Source: a virus
Taxonomy: Duplodnaviria; Heunggongvirae; Uroviricota; Caudoviricetes
Length of the DNA: 64,000 nt
Reading direction: 5' to 3' (one strand)
Virus record (IMG/VR): IMGVR_UViG_2974649431_000001
Location: 28,282 to 92,281 of that record
Each line of letters starts with the position of its first letter. The stretch's first letter is position 1. Both the position numbers and the translations under genes were made by a program. The notes below the pieces were generated by a model. It was given only the letters and a program-made list of their open reading frames with translations. It was not told where the DNA came from and did no database searches. Below are positions 47,283 through 55,254 of this stretch, piece by piece.

Positions 47283-47723
47283 ATGAACGAGTATCGTGAA
47301 AATGTGATGGCGGACTTCATCGAAATCGACGCGCTGGACAGCGATCAGTTTCTCAAGCTGAAGGAGACGCTGACGCGCATCGGCTACGCGGAGCCCAGCA
47401 AGGACCCCAACATGAAGCCGACGCTGTGGCAGAGCGTGCATGTCTTCCACAACAAGGGCCGCTACTTCCTGGTTCACTTCAAGCAGATGTTCCTGCTGGA
47501 CGGCCGGGTCAACTCCACCAACATCACGGACGGCGACCTGGACCGTCTGGAAGCCATCGCTGTGCTGGTCGAACGCTGGGGCCTGGCACGCTGCAAAGAG
47601 GTCATGCCGAAGCCCCGCATCAAGGTCACGGTGATCCCTTATGCTGAAAAGGATGCTTGGAATCTTCAAGCGAAATACAACGTCGGCGGACGTGCAAAAC
47701 GAAAGGAAGCAAACGATGAGTGA
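47283..47723 (+). CDS. regA: translational repressor RegA
   Basis: IEI......FLK.KETLTRIG..LWQS.H..H..G.Y..VHFK.MF.LDG..ER.GL..K..W.L..KY.VG. Confidence 0.93.
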   Translation: MNEYRENVMADFIEIDALDSDQFLKLKETLTRIGYAEPSKDPNMKPTLWQSVHVFHNKGRYFLVHFKQMFLLDGRVNSTNITDGDLDRLEAIAVLVERWGLARCKEVMPKPRIKVTVIPYAEKDAWNLQAKYNVGGRAKRKEANDE

Positions 47724-48501
47724 AGAGAACGGCGCACCACTGATGGAAACGGTGGTTCTGAAGGAACGCCGGAAGCCCGGTCCCAAGCCCGGGGCAAAGG
47801 CTGCGCGCGAAGCCGCCGAACGCGCAGCGCAGCAGCTGAAGAACGACACGACCGTCGTCTTCCCCTCCATTGGTACGGCCCTCCCGACGGCAACGGCCGG
47901 TTTCCTCGACCTGGGTCCGATGAACCTCACCCTCGTGGGCGAAGCGCCGCAGGCCCGTGAGCTGTCTTCCTTCGAAAGAGGCCTCCCGCAGCTGGGCCTC
48001 TTCAAGGTGTACGATGACGCCCCCGACCTGGAGTACAAGACGGAGGAGAGTGCTTGCTTCGACCTCCCGGCCTACCTGAACGTGGACAAGGTGCGCGCGT
48101 ACAGCAGCGCCAACCGTGAATGGGAACTGCCGGTGGGTCGCGGCGACAACGGCGTTTCCAACATCGTGGTGCCGCCAGGCGCTCGCGTGCTCATCCCGAC
48201 GGGCTATGTCTTCGGCATCCCCAAGGGCTACAAGCTGGAAATCTACCCGCGCAGTGGCACCGCGCTGAAGCAGGACCTGGGCCTGGCGAACTGCACTGCG
48301 CAGATCGACAGCGACTATGTCGACCAGACCTTCATCCTGCTGGTCAACCGCAGCGAGTCCCGCGTGACGATCGAGCACGGCGACCGCGTTGCACAAGCTG
48401 CACCGAAGGTGGTCACGCGCCTGCCGTTCGCAGCACTCTCCACCAAGCCTCAACAATCTACCGACCGCTCCGGCGGCTTCGGCTCTACGGGAACCAAATG
48501 A
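47716..48501 (+). CDS. dut: trimeric dUTPase with a long N-terminal extension
   Basis: Motifs ACFDL, YPRSG, IDSDY, RVAQ and RSGGFGSTG, preceded by about 90 extra residues. Confidence 0.88.
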   Translation: MSEENGAPLMETVVLKERRKPGPKPGAKAAREAAERAAQQLKNDTTVVFPSIGTALPTATAGFLDLGPMNLTLVGEAPQARELSSFERGLPQLGLFKVYDDAPDLEYKTEESACFDLPAYLNVDKVRAYSSANREWELPVGRGDNGVSNIVVPPGARVLIPTGYVFGIPKGYKLEIYPRSGTALKQDLGLANCTAQIDSDYVDQTFILLVNRSESRVTIEHGDRVAQAAPKVVTRLPFAALSTKPQQSTDRSGGFGSTGTK

Positions 48502-48827
48502 TGGGAAAAGTCGCAGTCTTCTTTACTACGCAAGGCCAGATCGTCGCTGAAATCGTGGATGTCGCAATGGTCATCCACGACAACATGCAACCCCCGACGT
48601 CTTGGACCGTGAAGAATCCCGTGCTGGCGATCCTCAACGGCACCGGCCTCCAGTTCGTCCCTCTCACGCAGACCGTGAAGGAGAAGGAGTTCACGATCCT
48701 GGCAAGGGACCTGATGTTCGGAGGGCACTACACGCCCCTCGACCCGATCGCGAACAAGTACAAGGAAATGTTCGGCGGCGTGCAGACCTACGACGCCTCC
48801 GCCCTGTCCATGCTGGCTGCTCGTTAA
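48498..48827 (+). CDS. conserved T4-like hypothetical protein (Sm-like fold suspected)
   Basis: ATGA coupling to dUTPase; GQIVAEI..VKNPV..F.P..I.NKY.EMFG pattern seen near T4-like polymerases. Confidence 0.55.
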   Translation: MMGKVAVFFTTQGQIVAEIVDVAMVIHDNMQPPTSWTVKNPVLAILNGTGLQFVPLTQTVKEKEFTILARDLMFGGHYTPLDPIANKYKEMFGGVQTYDASALSMLAAR

Positions 48828-49306
48828 TCGGGGTTGTCGACGGGAGGCATCTTTGGGCTGACCTTAGGTGGCAAGCGTCGACCGTGTTCTTCAGGACCCA
48901 TTCCGTACCCCATGTCACGTGGGTAGTTGGAGTAGGGTCCTGAAGGCTTTTGTGGCTGCTCTTCTGTGCGCGTGTACTTCATCGAAATCCATTTGGAAAG
49001 AACTGCGTTTGATGCTACCACACCCAGGTAAATCACCCATACAATCTCAAGGCTGGCGCCAGTGGCCTTGCCAGCAATGTTGATGCTGAGGAACGCCACA
49101 GTCGCGGCACCATACGCGACGTTCTGCCAAAACTTCGTGAGGCTGATGCCTCCTGCCTCATCCTGGCTTGTGAACAGACCGGACAGGTCTGCCCCGCGCA
49201 TGCCACGCCAAAGGATGATCAGCATGATGACCATGAAAGCTGCCGAGAACAGCGTCCCCATGATGGGGAACAGGAACGGCAAAAGAATCGAAAATTCGGC
49301 TATCAC
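48824..49306 (-). CDS. membrane protein, putative holin
   Basis: About three hydrophobic segments, G.ISLTKFWQNVAY..AT motif and a charged/Pro-rich C-tail; lone minus-strand gene. Confidence 0.5.
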   Translation of the reverse strand: MIAEFSILLPFLFPIMGTLFSAAFMVIMLIILWRGMRGADLSGLFTSQDEAGGISLTKFWQNVAYGAATVAFLSINIAGKATGASLEIVWVIYLGVVASNAVLSKWISMKYTRTEEQPQKPSGPYSNYPRDMGYGMGPEEHGRRLPPKVSPKMPPVDNPD

Positions 49307-49320
49307 TTGGAGCCCTTCTA

Positions 49321-51885
49321 TTGAGTAAGACCTACACCTTCGTCGACCGCATCGGGAACCGCATTTTCCACCGTTACGTGGAGAACGGCCGTCACTTCCG
49401 AGAGGTCGTGAGTGAGTACCCTATAGCCTTCTACTTAAAGGCTGAGGGCGGTACGGATCGCAGCCTCTATGGCGACGTACTGAAAAAGAAAGTGTTCGAG
49501 AAAATCAGCGACGCCCGCGACTTCGTGAAGAAGTATGAAGGCGTCAGCGACTTCGAGATTTTCGGACAGGATGACTACGTGCAGCAGTTCATAGCGCACA
49601 CCTACCCTCGGGACTTGGTGTTCGATATGAAGGACTTCACAGTGGCCTCCATCGACATCGAGGTGGAGCACGATGACGGCTTTCCAGAGCCGGAGCGTGC
49701 TGAGAACGAGGTGATGTCGATCGCTATCAAGGTGTTCGGCGGCGCTTCCATCTGCTTTGCGCTGCAACCCAAGCCCGACCACGAAGACTTGAAGGGCGTG
49801 GAATACATCCACTGTGATGATGAGCATGCAATGCTGGCCCTCTTCGTAGCGCGCTTCCGCAGCATCGCACCCCACTTCTTCACCGGCTGGAACGTGTACG
49901 GCTTCGACGTGCCCTACCTGGTGAATCGGATCTCCAAGATCCTAGGCGAGAACGCGGCCAACCAGCTGAGCGTTTTCAGCGAGGAGTGCAAGAACTGCAT
50001 CACGGCTTGCCACAACAAGGAGGGCGTGGACAGCTTCAAGATCCTGGGCTGCACGGTGCTCGACTACATCGAGCTCTACAAGAAGTTCGGCGACAAGCAG
50101 GAAAGCTACCGCCTGGACTACGTGGCAGAGCAGGAGGAAGTGGGCCGCAAGATCAGCTATGAGGAGTATGGGAACAACCTCATGCGCCTCTATCGGGAGA
50201 ACTTCCCCAAGTTCATCGTCTACAACGACGTGGACAACCGGCTGGTCGAACTGCTGGATGGCAAGCTGGACTTCATTCAGCTGGCAGTGGCTATTGCGAT
50301 GCTGACCAAGTCTCGCTTCAGCGATGCAACGGGTACGGTGAAGATTTGGGACAACCTCATCTACCATATGTGCCTGAAGGACAAGCTAGTCATCCCGCCC
50401 AAGCAGCGTGTCGCAGCAGTGGACAACGCTGGGGGTTACGTGCGCGAAGCGAAGCCGGGGCTGTACCGCTGGCCGGTGGTGTTCGACTTGACGTCGCTGT
50501 ACCCATCCATTGCTCGACTGCTGAACCTCAGCCCGGAGACGCAGCTCAGCGAGCCCCTGGGAGGCGTTGAGATGGTGGACCTCATCTTTGCAGGCAAGGT
50601 CGACCCCGCCGACTACATCCGTGATGGGGTGTGCTTCGCGATGAACGGAGCGACCTTCCGCACTGACGTGGAAGGTATCGTGAGCCGGGCGATGACCTTC
50701 GTGTTCTTCGAGCGGAAGCGCTACAAGGACTTGATGAAGGTCGAGAAGAACAAGCTGGAGGCGCTGGAAAAGGCGGGCGTGACCACCACGCAAGCTGCGT
50801 ACGACGAGGAACACGCGCGCTTGAAGCGTGAGGTGGGCAAGTACGATGCCTTCCAGAAGGCTGTGAAGGTCGTGAACAACGGTGGCTATGGGGCGATCGG
50901 CAACATCGCATTCCGCTACTTCCGGCCGGCGATCAGTGAGGCGATCACGGTGACAGGTCAGTACATCATCCGTCACGTTGCGGACGAGCTGAACGCACAC
51001 CTGAACAAGACCTTCAAGACCAAGGGCGTGGACTACATCATCGGCAGCGACACTGACTCCGTGATGGTCACCCTGGAGAAGTTCGTGAACATCATCGACC
51101 CACACCGCAAAGCCGACATCCAGAAGGTCGTGGACGCCGTCGACAAGTTCTGTTCGGAGAACATCGAGGTCTTCCTGGAGAAGCTGTTCGAGAAGCTGGC
51201 CGCGCGCATCAACGCACGCACCAACACACTGGACATGAAGCGGGAAGCAATCTGCGACTTCGGGCTGTTCCGTGCAAAGAAGAACTACGTGATGCGCGTG
51301 TACGACATGGAGCACGTCCGTTACGCAAAGCCCAAGCTGAAGATTGCGGGGCTAGAGACGCAGCGAACCACCACACCCACCGTGGTTCGTGAGAAGCTGA
51401 AGGAGATGATACCCCTCATCTTCGACAGCACAGAAAAAGAGGTGCAAGCTGTCACATCTGCTTTCAAGGCGGAGTTTATGGCGCTTCCGCTTGCTAAAAT
51501 AGCGTTCCCCAAAGGGGTCAGTGAGGTGGACAAATGGACCGCAAAGGACGGAAGCGTTCTCATCGGTCAGGGCACCGTGCCCATCAACAGTCGGGCGGCG
51601 ATCGTCTTCAACGCGCTGCTTGAAAAGCACCCCGACCTCTGGTCTACGTACGAACGAATCAAGCCCAAGAGCAAGATTAAGTACACCTACCTTAAAGAAC
51701 CCAACCCTGCGATGAGCCACGTGGTTGGGTTTACCGACGACCTTCCCTCTGAGTTTGGTCTCGACAAGTACATCGACAAAGAGATGCAGTTTGACAAGGC
51801 CTTCCTTAGTCCGCTGCAGAGTCTCGTGTCTTTGGTTGGCTGGAACGCTATCGAAGTGCCCAGCCTGGACGATCTGTTTGAATAA
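49321..51885 (+). CDS. gp43: family B DNA polymerase gp43
   Basis: Exo I DIEV, Exo II TGWNV..FD.PY, Exo III YN..D; Pol A FDLTSLYPS, Pol B K...N..YG, Pol C DTDS; KKNY; C-terminal clamp-binding SLDDLF. Confidence 0.97.
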   Translation: MSKTYTFVDRIGNRIFHRYVENGRHFREVVSEYPIAFYLKAEGGTDRSLYGDVLKKKVFEKISDARDFVKKYEGVSDFEIFGQDDYVQQFIAHTYPRDLVFDMKDFTVASIDIEVEHDDGFPEPERAENEVMSIAIKVFGGASICFALQPKPDHEDLKGVEYIHCDDEHAMLALFVARFRSIAPHFFTGWNVYGFDVPYLVNRISKILGENAANQLSVFSEECKNCITACHNKEGVDSFKILGCTVLDYIELYKKFGDKQESYRLDYVAEQEEVGRKISYEEYGNNLMRLYRENFPKFIVYNDVDNRLVELLDGKLDFIQLAVAIAMLTKSRFSDATGTVKIWDNLIYHMCLKDKLVIPPKQRVAAVDNAGGYVREAKPGLYRWPVVFDLTSLYPSIARLLNLSPETQLSEPLGGVEMVDLIFAGKVDPADYIRDGVCFAMNGATFRTDVEGIVSRAMTFVFFERKRYKDLMKVEKNKLEALEKAGVTTTQAAYDEEHARLKREVGKYDAFQKAVKVVNNGGYGAIGNIAFRYFRPAISEAITVTGQYIIRHVADELNAHLNKTFKTKGVDYIIGSDTDSVMVTLEKFVNIIDPHRKADIQKVVDAVDKFCSENIEVFLEKLFEKLAARINARTNTLDMKREAICDFGLFRAKKNYVMRVYDMEHVRYAKPKLKIAGLETQRTTTPTVVREKLKEMIPLIFDSTEKEVQAVTSAFKAEFMALPLAKIAFPKGVSEVDKWTAKDGSVLIGQGTVPINSRAAIVFNALLEKHPDLWSTYERIKPKSKIKYTYLKEPNPAMSHVVGFTDDLPSEFGLDKYIDKEMQFDKAFLSPLQSLVSLVGWNAIEVPSLDDLFE

Positions 51886-51894
51886 AGGAACTGA

Positions 51895-52989
51895 ATGAGT
51901 TTGACTGCACGTTTGCTGGCTAAGAGCACTATCAAGATGACCTCTGTGTTCAGCGAATCGAAACTGTTCGACGGCATGGAGCAAGTGCCGACAGCAGTAC
52001 CCCTTCTGAACGTTGCCCTTGGGGGCAGCATCGATTCGGGGCTTCGCAGCGGGCTCGGCGTGATGGCCGGCCCCTCGAAGCACTTCAAGACGAGCTTCAC
52101 GCTACTCATGGTGGCGGCCTACCTGAAGAAGTACAAGGACGCGGTCTGTCTGTTCTACGACAGCGAGTTCGGCGCGCCCCAGAGCTACTTCAAGGCGTTC
52201 GGCATCGATCCCAACCGGGTCATCCACACGCCGATCAACAACATCGAAGAGCTGAAGTTCGACGTCATCCAACAGCTGGAGGAGATCAAGCGGAGCGACA
52301 AGGTGATCATCATCATCGACTCGATCGGCAACCTGGCCTCCAAGAAGGAAGTGGAAGACGCGAAGAACGAGAAGAGCGTCGCCGACATGACGCGCGCCAA
52401 GCAGCTGAAGTCGCTGTTCCGGATGGTCACGCCGTACCTTACGACGAAGGACATTCCGATGATCGCGATCAACCACACGTACCAGACCCAGGAGATGTAC
52501 TCCAAGGCGGTCGTGTCGGGCGGCACCGGCATCTACTACAGCGCCAACTGGATCTTCATCATCGGACGCTCCCAGGAGAAGGACGGTGACGAGCTGGAAG
52601 GCTACAAGTTCACGATCAACATCGAGAAGAGCCGGCTGGTGAAGGAGAAGAGCAAGCTGCCCATCACGGTGAGCTTCGAGAGCGGCATCGAGAAGTGGAG
52701 CGGCATGCTGGACCTCGCTGTCGAAATGGGCTACGTCGTGAAGCCCAAGAACGGCTGGTATACGCGCCCCTGCGTACCCGATGACAAGAGCTGGCGCGCT
52801 GCTGCAGCCGACTCCAACGACTTCTGGAAGCCGGTGTTTGCGAACAGCGACTTCGCAGAGGCCATCGCGAAGAAGTTCCAGCTGAGCGCTGCTGAGATGC
52901 TGGAGAAGGACGCCATCGAGGACGTGGAGACTCTGGATGACGACGGCGTCATCGAGACCACGCCGATCCCCGTCCCGGTAGACGACTAA
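51895..52989 (+). CDS. uvsX: RecA-like recombinase UvsX
   Basis: LN.ALGG, AGPSKHFKT, YDSEFG, DSIGNLASKKE, DMTRAK..KSLFR, GGTG..YSA, KSR.VKEKSK. Confidence 0.97.
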   Translation: MSLTARLLAKSTIKMTSVFSESKLFDGMEQVPTAVPLLNVALGGSIDSGLRSGLGVMAGPSKHFKTSFTLLMVAAYLKKYKDAVCLFYDSEFGAPQSYFKAFGIDPNRVIHTPINNIEELKFDVIQQLEEIKRSDKVIIIIDSIGNLASKKEVEDAKNEKSVADMTRAKQLKSLFRMVTPYLTTKDIPMIAINHTYQTQEMYSKAVVSGGTGIYYSANWIFIIGRSQEKDGDELEGYKFTINIEKSRLVKEKSKLPITVSFESGIEKWSGMLDLAVEMGYVVKPKNGWYTRPCVPDDKSWRAAAADSNDFWKPVFANSDFAEAIAKKFQLSAAEMLEKDAIEDVETLDDDGVIETTPIPVPVDD

Positions 52990-53028
52990 GAAAAATCGAG
53001 GGGCCCGGAAAAACGCTGGGCCCCGCGG

Positions 53029-53034
53029 TATAAT
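53029..53034 (+). promoter_or_regulatory. -10 element (TATAAT) preceded by a GC hairpin
   Basis: GGGGCCC(53000-53006)/GGGCCCC(53018-53024) stem followed by GGTATAAT, upstream of 53054 and the deazaguanine cluster. Confidence 0.45.
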
Positions 53035-53053
53035 CTAGTCTGAAAGGAAGAGC

Positions 53054-53338
53054 TTGCAATACGAAATCTTAGAGTTTGAAGAGAACACAGCAGACAAGAG
53101 CTTCAGCGCATCCGTCGAGTCTGGCGGTTTCGTCTACTGCTTCAACGACCTGCACATCGACGGTCCGAACGCCGAGGGGCGCGTGGACCTGTCCTACGAC
53201 CTCGTGGTCGCAGTGCTGCACACCGCCGACAATGGCTTCGACTGGCTGACGCCGGAGCAATGGCAACACCCCCATGACATCATCGCCGGCGACCTGCTGG
53301 ACGACATCCTCGGAGAAAAAGGAGAGGCTCTTGAGTAA
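53054..53338 (+). CDS. acidic hypothetical protein (position of T4 gp40)
   Basis: TTG start with AAAGGAAG RBS; directly downstream of uvsX. The gp40 similarity is positional only. Confidence 0.5.
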   Translation: MQYEILEFEENTADKSFSASVESGGFVYCFNDLHIDGPNAEGRVDLSYDLVVAVLHTADNGFDWLTPEQWQHPHDIIAGDLLDDILGEKGEALE

Positions 53339-53807
53339 GCGTTTCGTGTCCACCAAGGAGTGGAAAGAGCTGGGCCCCGTGGCCTACCGTCAGTGGCGCG
53401 CTGACAGCCACTGCAACCAGATTCACGGCTACGCGCTGAGCTTCTACTTCGAGTTCGAGAGCGACAGCCTCGACGCGCGGAACTGGGTCGTGGACTATGG
53501 CGGTCTCCGCCCGCTGAAGGACCTGCTGGAGGAATGGTTCGACCACACCCTGCTGGTCGCGCAGGACGACCCTCAACGCGAGCAACTGCTGGCGCTGGGC
53601 ACCGCGGGGCTCGCGAAGATCACCGAAGTCGAAGCAACGGGCTGTGAGGCCATCGCCGACTTCCTCTACCGCTTCATCAATACGGGCTTCCTGAAAGACC
53701 TGGGCTACGGTGACACCGTCTGGTGCTCCAAGGTCGGCGTGCGTGAGACGGGCAGCAACTATGCCTTCCGCCAGGGGCACCGCGAAGACAACGAGGGCCT
53801 GCTATGA
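53331..53807 (+). CDS. queD: 6-carboxy-5,6,7,8-tetrahydropterin synthase QueD
   Basis: TTG at 53331 with GGAGAGG RBS. SHCNQIHGY (CxxxHG), WVVDYGGL..K, FDHTLL, G.E.IA, VRET..N.A. Confidence 0.88.
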   Translation: MSKRFVSTKEWKELGPVAYRQWRADSHCNQIHGYALSFYFEFESDSLDARNWVVDYGGLRPLKDLLEEWFDHTLLVAQDDPQREQLLALGTAGLAKITEVEATGCEAIADFLYRFINTGFLKDLGYGDTVWCSKVGVRETGSNYAFRQGHREDNEGLL

Positions 53808-53947
53808 TGGAAGGGTGGGACGACGTCCACAAGGGCGAAGGCTGGGGTCTCGGCGACCCCCACAAGTCGCACAAGCGGCTGATGAAGTGGCTGTCCATCA
53901 GCCCCTTCCTGCTGGTCGCACTGATGTGCATCGCAGCTCTGGTATGA
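53804..53947 (+). CDS. 47-aa peptide with a C-terminal TM helix
   Basis: Manual translation MMEGWDDVHKGEGWGLGDPHKSHKRLMKWLSISPFLLVALMCIAALV; ATGA overlap with the queD stop. Confidence 0.45.
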   Translation: MMEGWDDVHKGEGWGLGDPHKSHKRLMKWLSISPFLLVALMCIAALV

Positions 53948-54027
53948 AGGCATGGCTCGCAGCGACAGCAGTGCTCTTGATTGCGCTGCTGTCTGCTGCT
54001 GTCTGGGTTGCATTCCCGGCTCACTAA
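53944..54027 (+). CDS. 27-aa single-TM peptide
   Basis: MKAWLAATAVLLIALLSAAVWVAFPAH; ATGA overlap with the preceding peptide. Confidence 0.4.
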   Translation: MKAWLAATAVLLIALLSAAVWVAFPAH

Positions 54028-54100
54028 GTACCGTTTTGGTTATGCCTTGACACCAACGGGTTGCACACAAGGGCGACCACTGAACTAGGATAGGAACACT

Positions 54101-54769
54101 ATGAAAGAAAAGACCAACCCATCTCTGGGCCTGGAAATCCGCGATCACCTTCTGAGCCTCGGCGTAGAGACGCCTATTGCCAGCGTTGCACTCGCTGCAA
54201 ATGACGACGCAAAGATCGCAGTCATCGAAGAGCATATGCACCGCATCATGGAGACCCTGGGTCTCGACATGGGCGATGACAGCCTCTATGACACGCCGAA
54301 GCGCGTCGCCAAGATGTTCGTGAACGAGCTCTACTGGGGCTTGAAGACCGAGAACTTCCCCAAGTGCACGACCGTCGAGAACAAGATGGGTTACGACGAG
54401 ATGGTTCTGGAAAAGAACATCAAGGTGATGAGCGACTGCGAGCATCACCTGCGCACCATCGTGGGGAAAGCTCACGTGGCGTACATCCCCAAGGAAAAGG
54501 TGCTGGGGCTGTCCAAGCTGAACCGCGTGGTGGAATACTTCTCCCGCCGGCCTCAGATCCAGGAGCGCCTCGCCGAACAGATCTACCACGCGCTGTCGTA
54601 CATCCTGGGCACGCCTGACGTGGCCGTGGTCATCGACGCCGAACACTTCTGCGTGAAGCAACGCGGCATCGAGGACGTGGGTAGCTCCACAGTGACGAGC
54701 AAGCTGGGCGGATGCTTCCGCGAAGGCACGGTGCGCGCTGAGTTCCTGAGCCTCATCAAGGGCGTCTAA
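54101..54769 (+). CDS. folE: GTP cyclohydrolase I FolE
   Basis: D.SL.DTPKRVAKM, S.CEHH, G.AHVAYIP...V.GLSKL.R.V..FSRRPQ.QERL, A.H.C...RG. Confidence 0.97.
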   Translation: MKEKTNPSLGLEIRDHLLSLGVETPIASVALAANDDAKIAVIEEHMHRIMETLGLDMGDDSLYDTPKRVAKMFVNELYWGLKTENFPKCTTVENKMGYDEMVLEKNIKVMSDCEHHLRTIVGKAHVAYIPKEKVLGLSKLNRVVEYFSRRPQIQERLAEQIYHALSYILGTPDVAVVIDAEHFCVKQRGIEDVGSSTVTSKLGGCFREGTVRAEFLSLIKGV

Positions 54770-55254
54770 TGGAACGGGCTTACGCCCAAGGATGCAGGGA
54801 CTCAACCCCTGCATTTTTTATTGGCGATGAAGTTGAGCACACCACCCACCACGGTATGCGGACACTGTTTTGCGATGGGGGCCTCGGGGTCGATGAGGTG
54901 ATCGCGAAGGCTGTGGAGACCAGCGTGGGTCACGTCTACCTGAACTCCAACCACAGCTTCCTCGCATACGGGGAGGACAAGATCTCCCAGCTGCTGATGC
55001 GCGGCTACGCTGTCACCTACGAGTACGGCAACCAAGGCGGCTTGCACCCCGAACCCTTCCCCATTGAGCACCCCAACTTGGTTCACTTGCGCAGCGTGGT
55101 GGTAACGAAGGTGCGTCGAGGTGTGGGCCACTACCTGAAGATCGACGACCTCGGTTTTCAAAACACCAACCCGGGCGTCTGGACTTTCAAGCCCGGCAAC
55201 TACGCAGGATTCACCCCCTGGTCTGCATACCTGAAGGACGATATCGTCGAATGA
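54769..55254 (+). CDS. unknown protein within the deazaguanine cluster
   Basis: TAATG-coupled to folE and ATGA-coupled to the TGT-like gene; FFIGDEVEHT..G.RTLF, YLNSNHSF, LKIDD.GF..TNPGVW. Confidence 0.75.
   Translation: MERAYAQGCRDSTPAFFIGDEVEHTTHHGMRTLFCDGGLGVDEVIAKAVETSVGHVYLNSNHSFLAYGEDKISQLLMRGYAVTYEYGNQGGLHPEPFPIEHPNLVHLRSVVVTKVRRGVGHYLKIDDLGFQNTNPGVWTFKPGNYAGFTPWSAYLKDDIVE

Noticed and set aside
54047-54052. Perfect TTGACA upstream of folE
   Set aside because: No -10-like hexamer lies 16-18 nt downstream, so it was not called a promoter.
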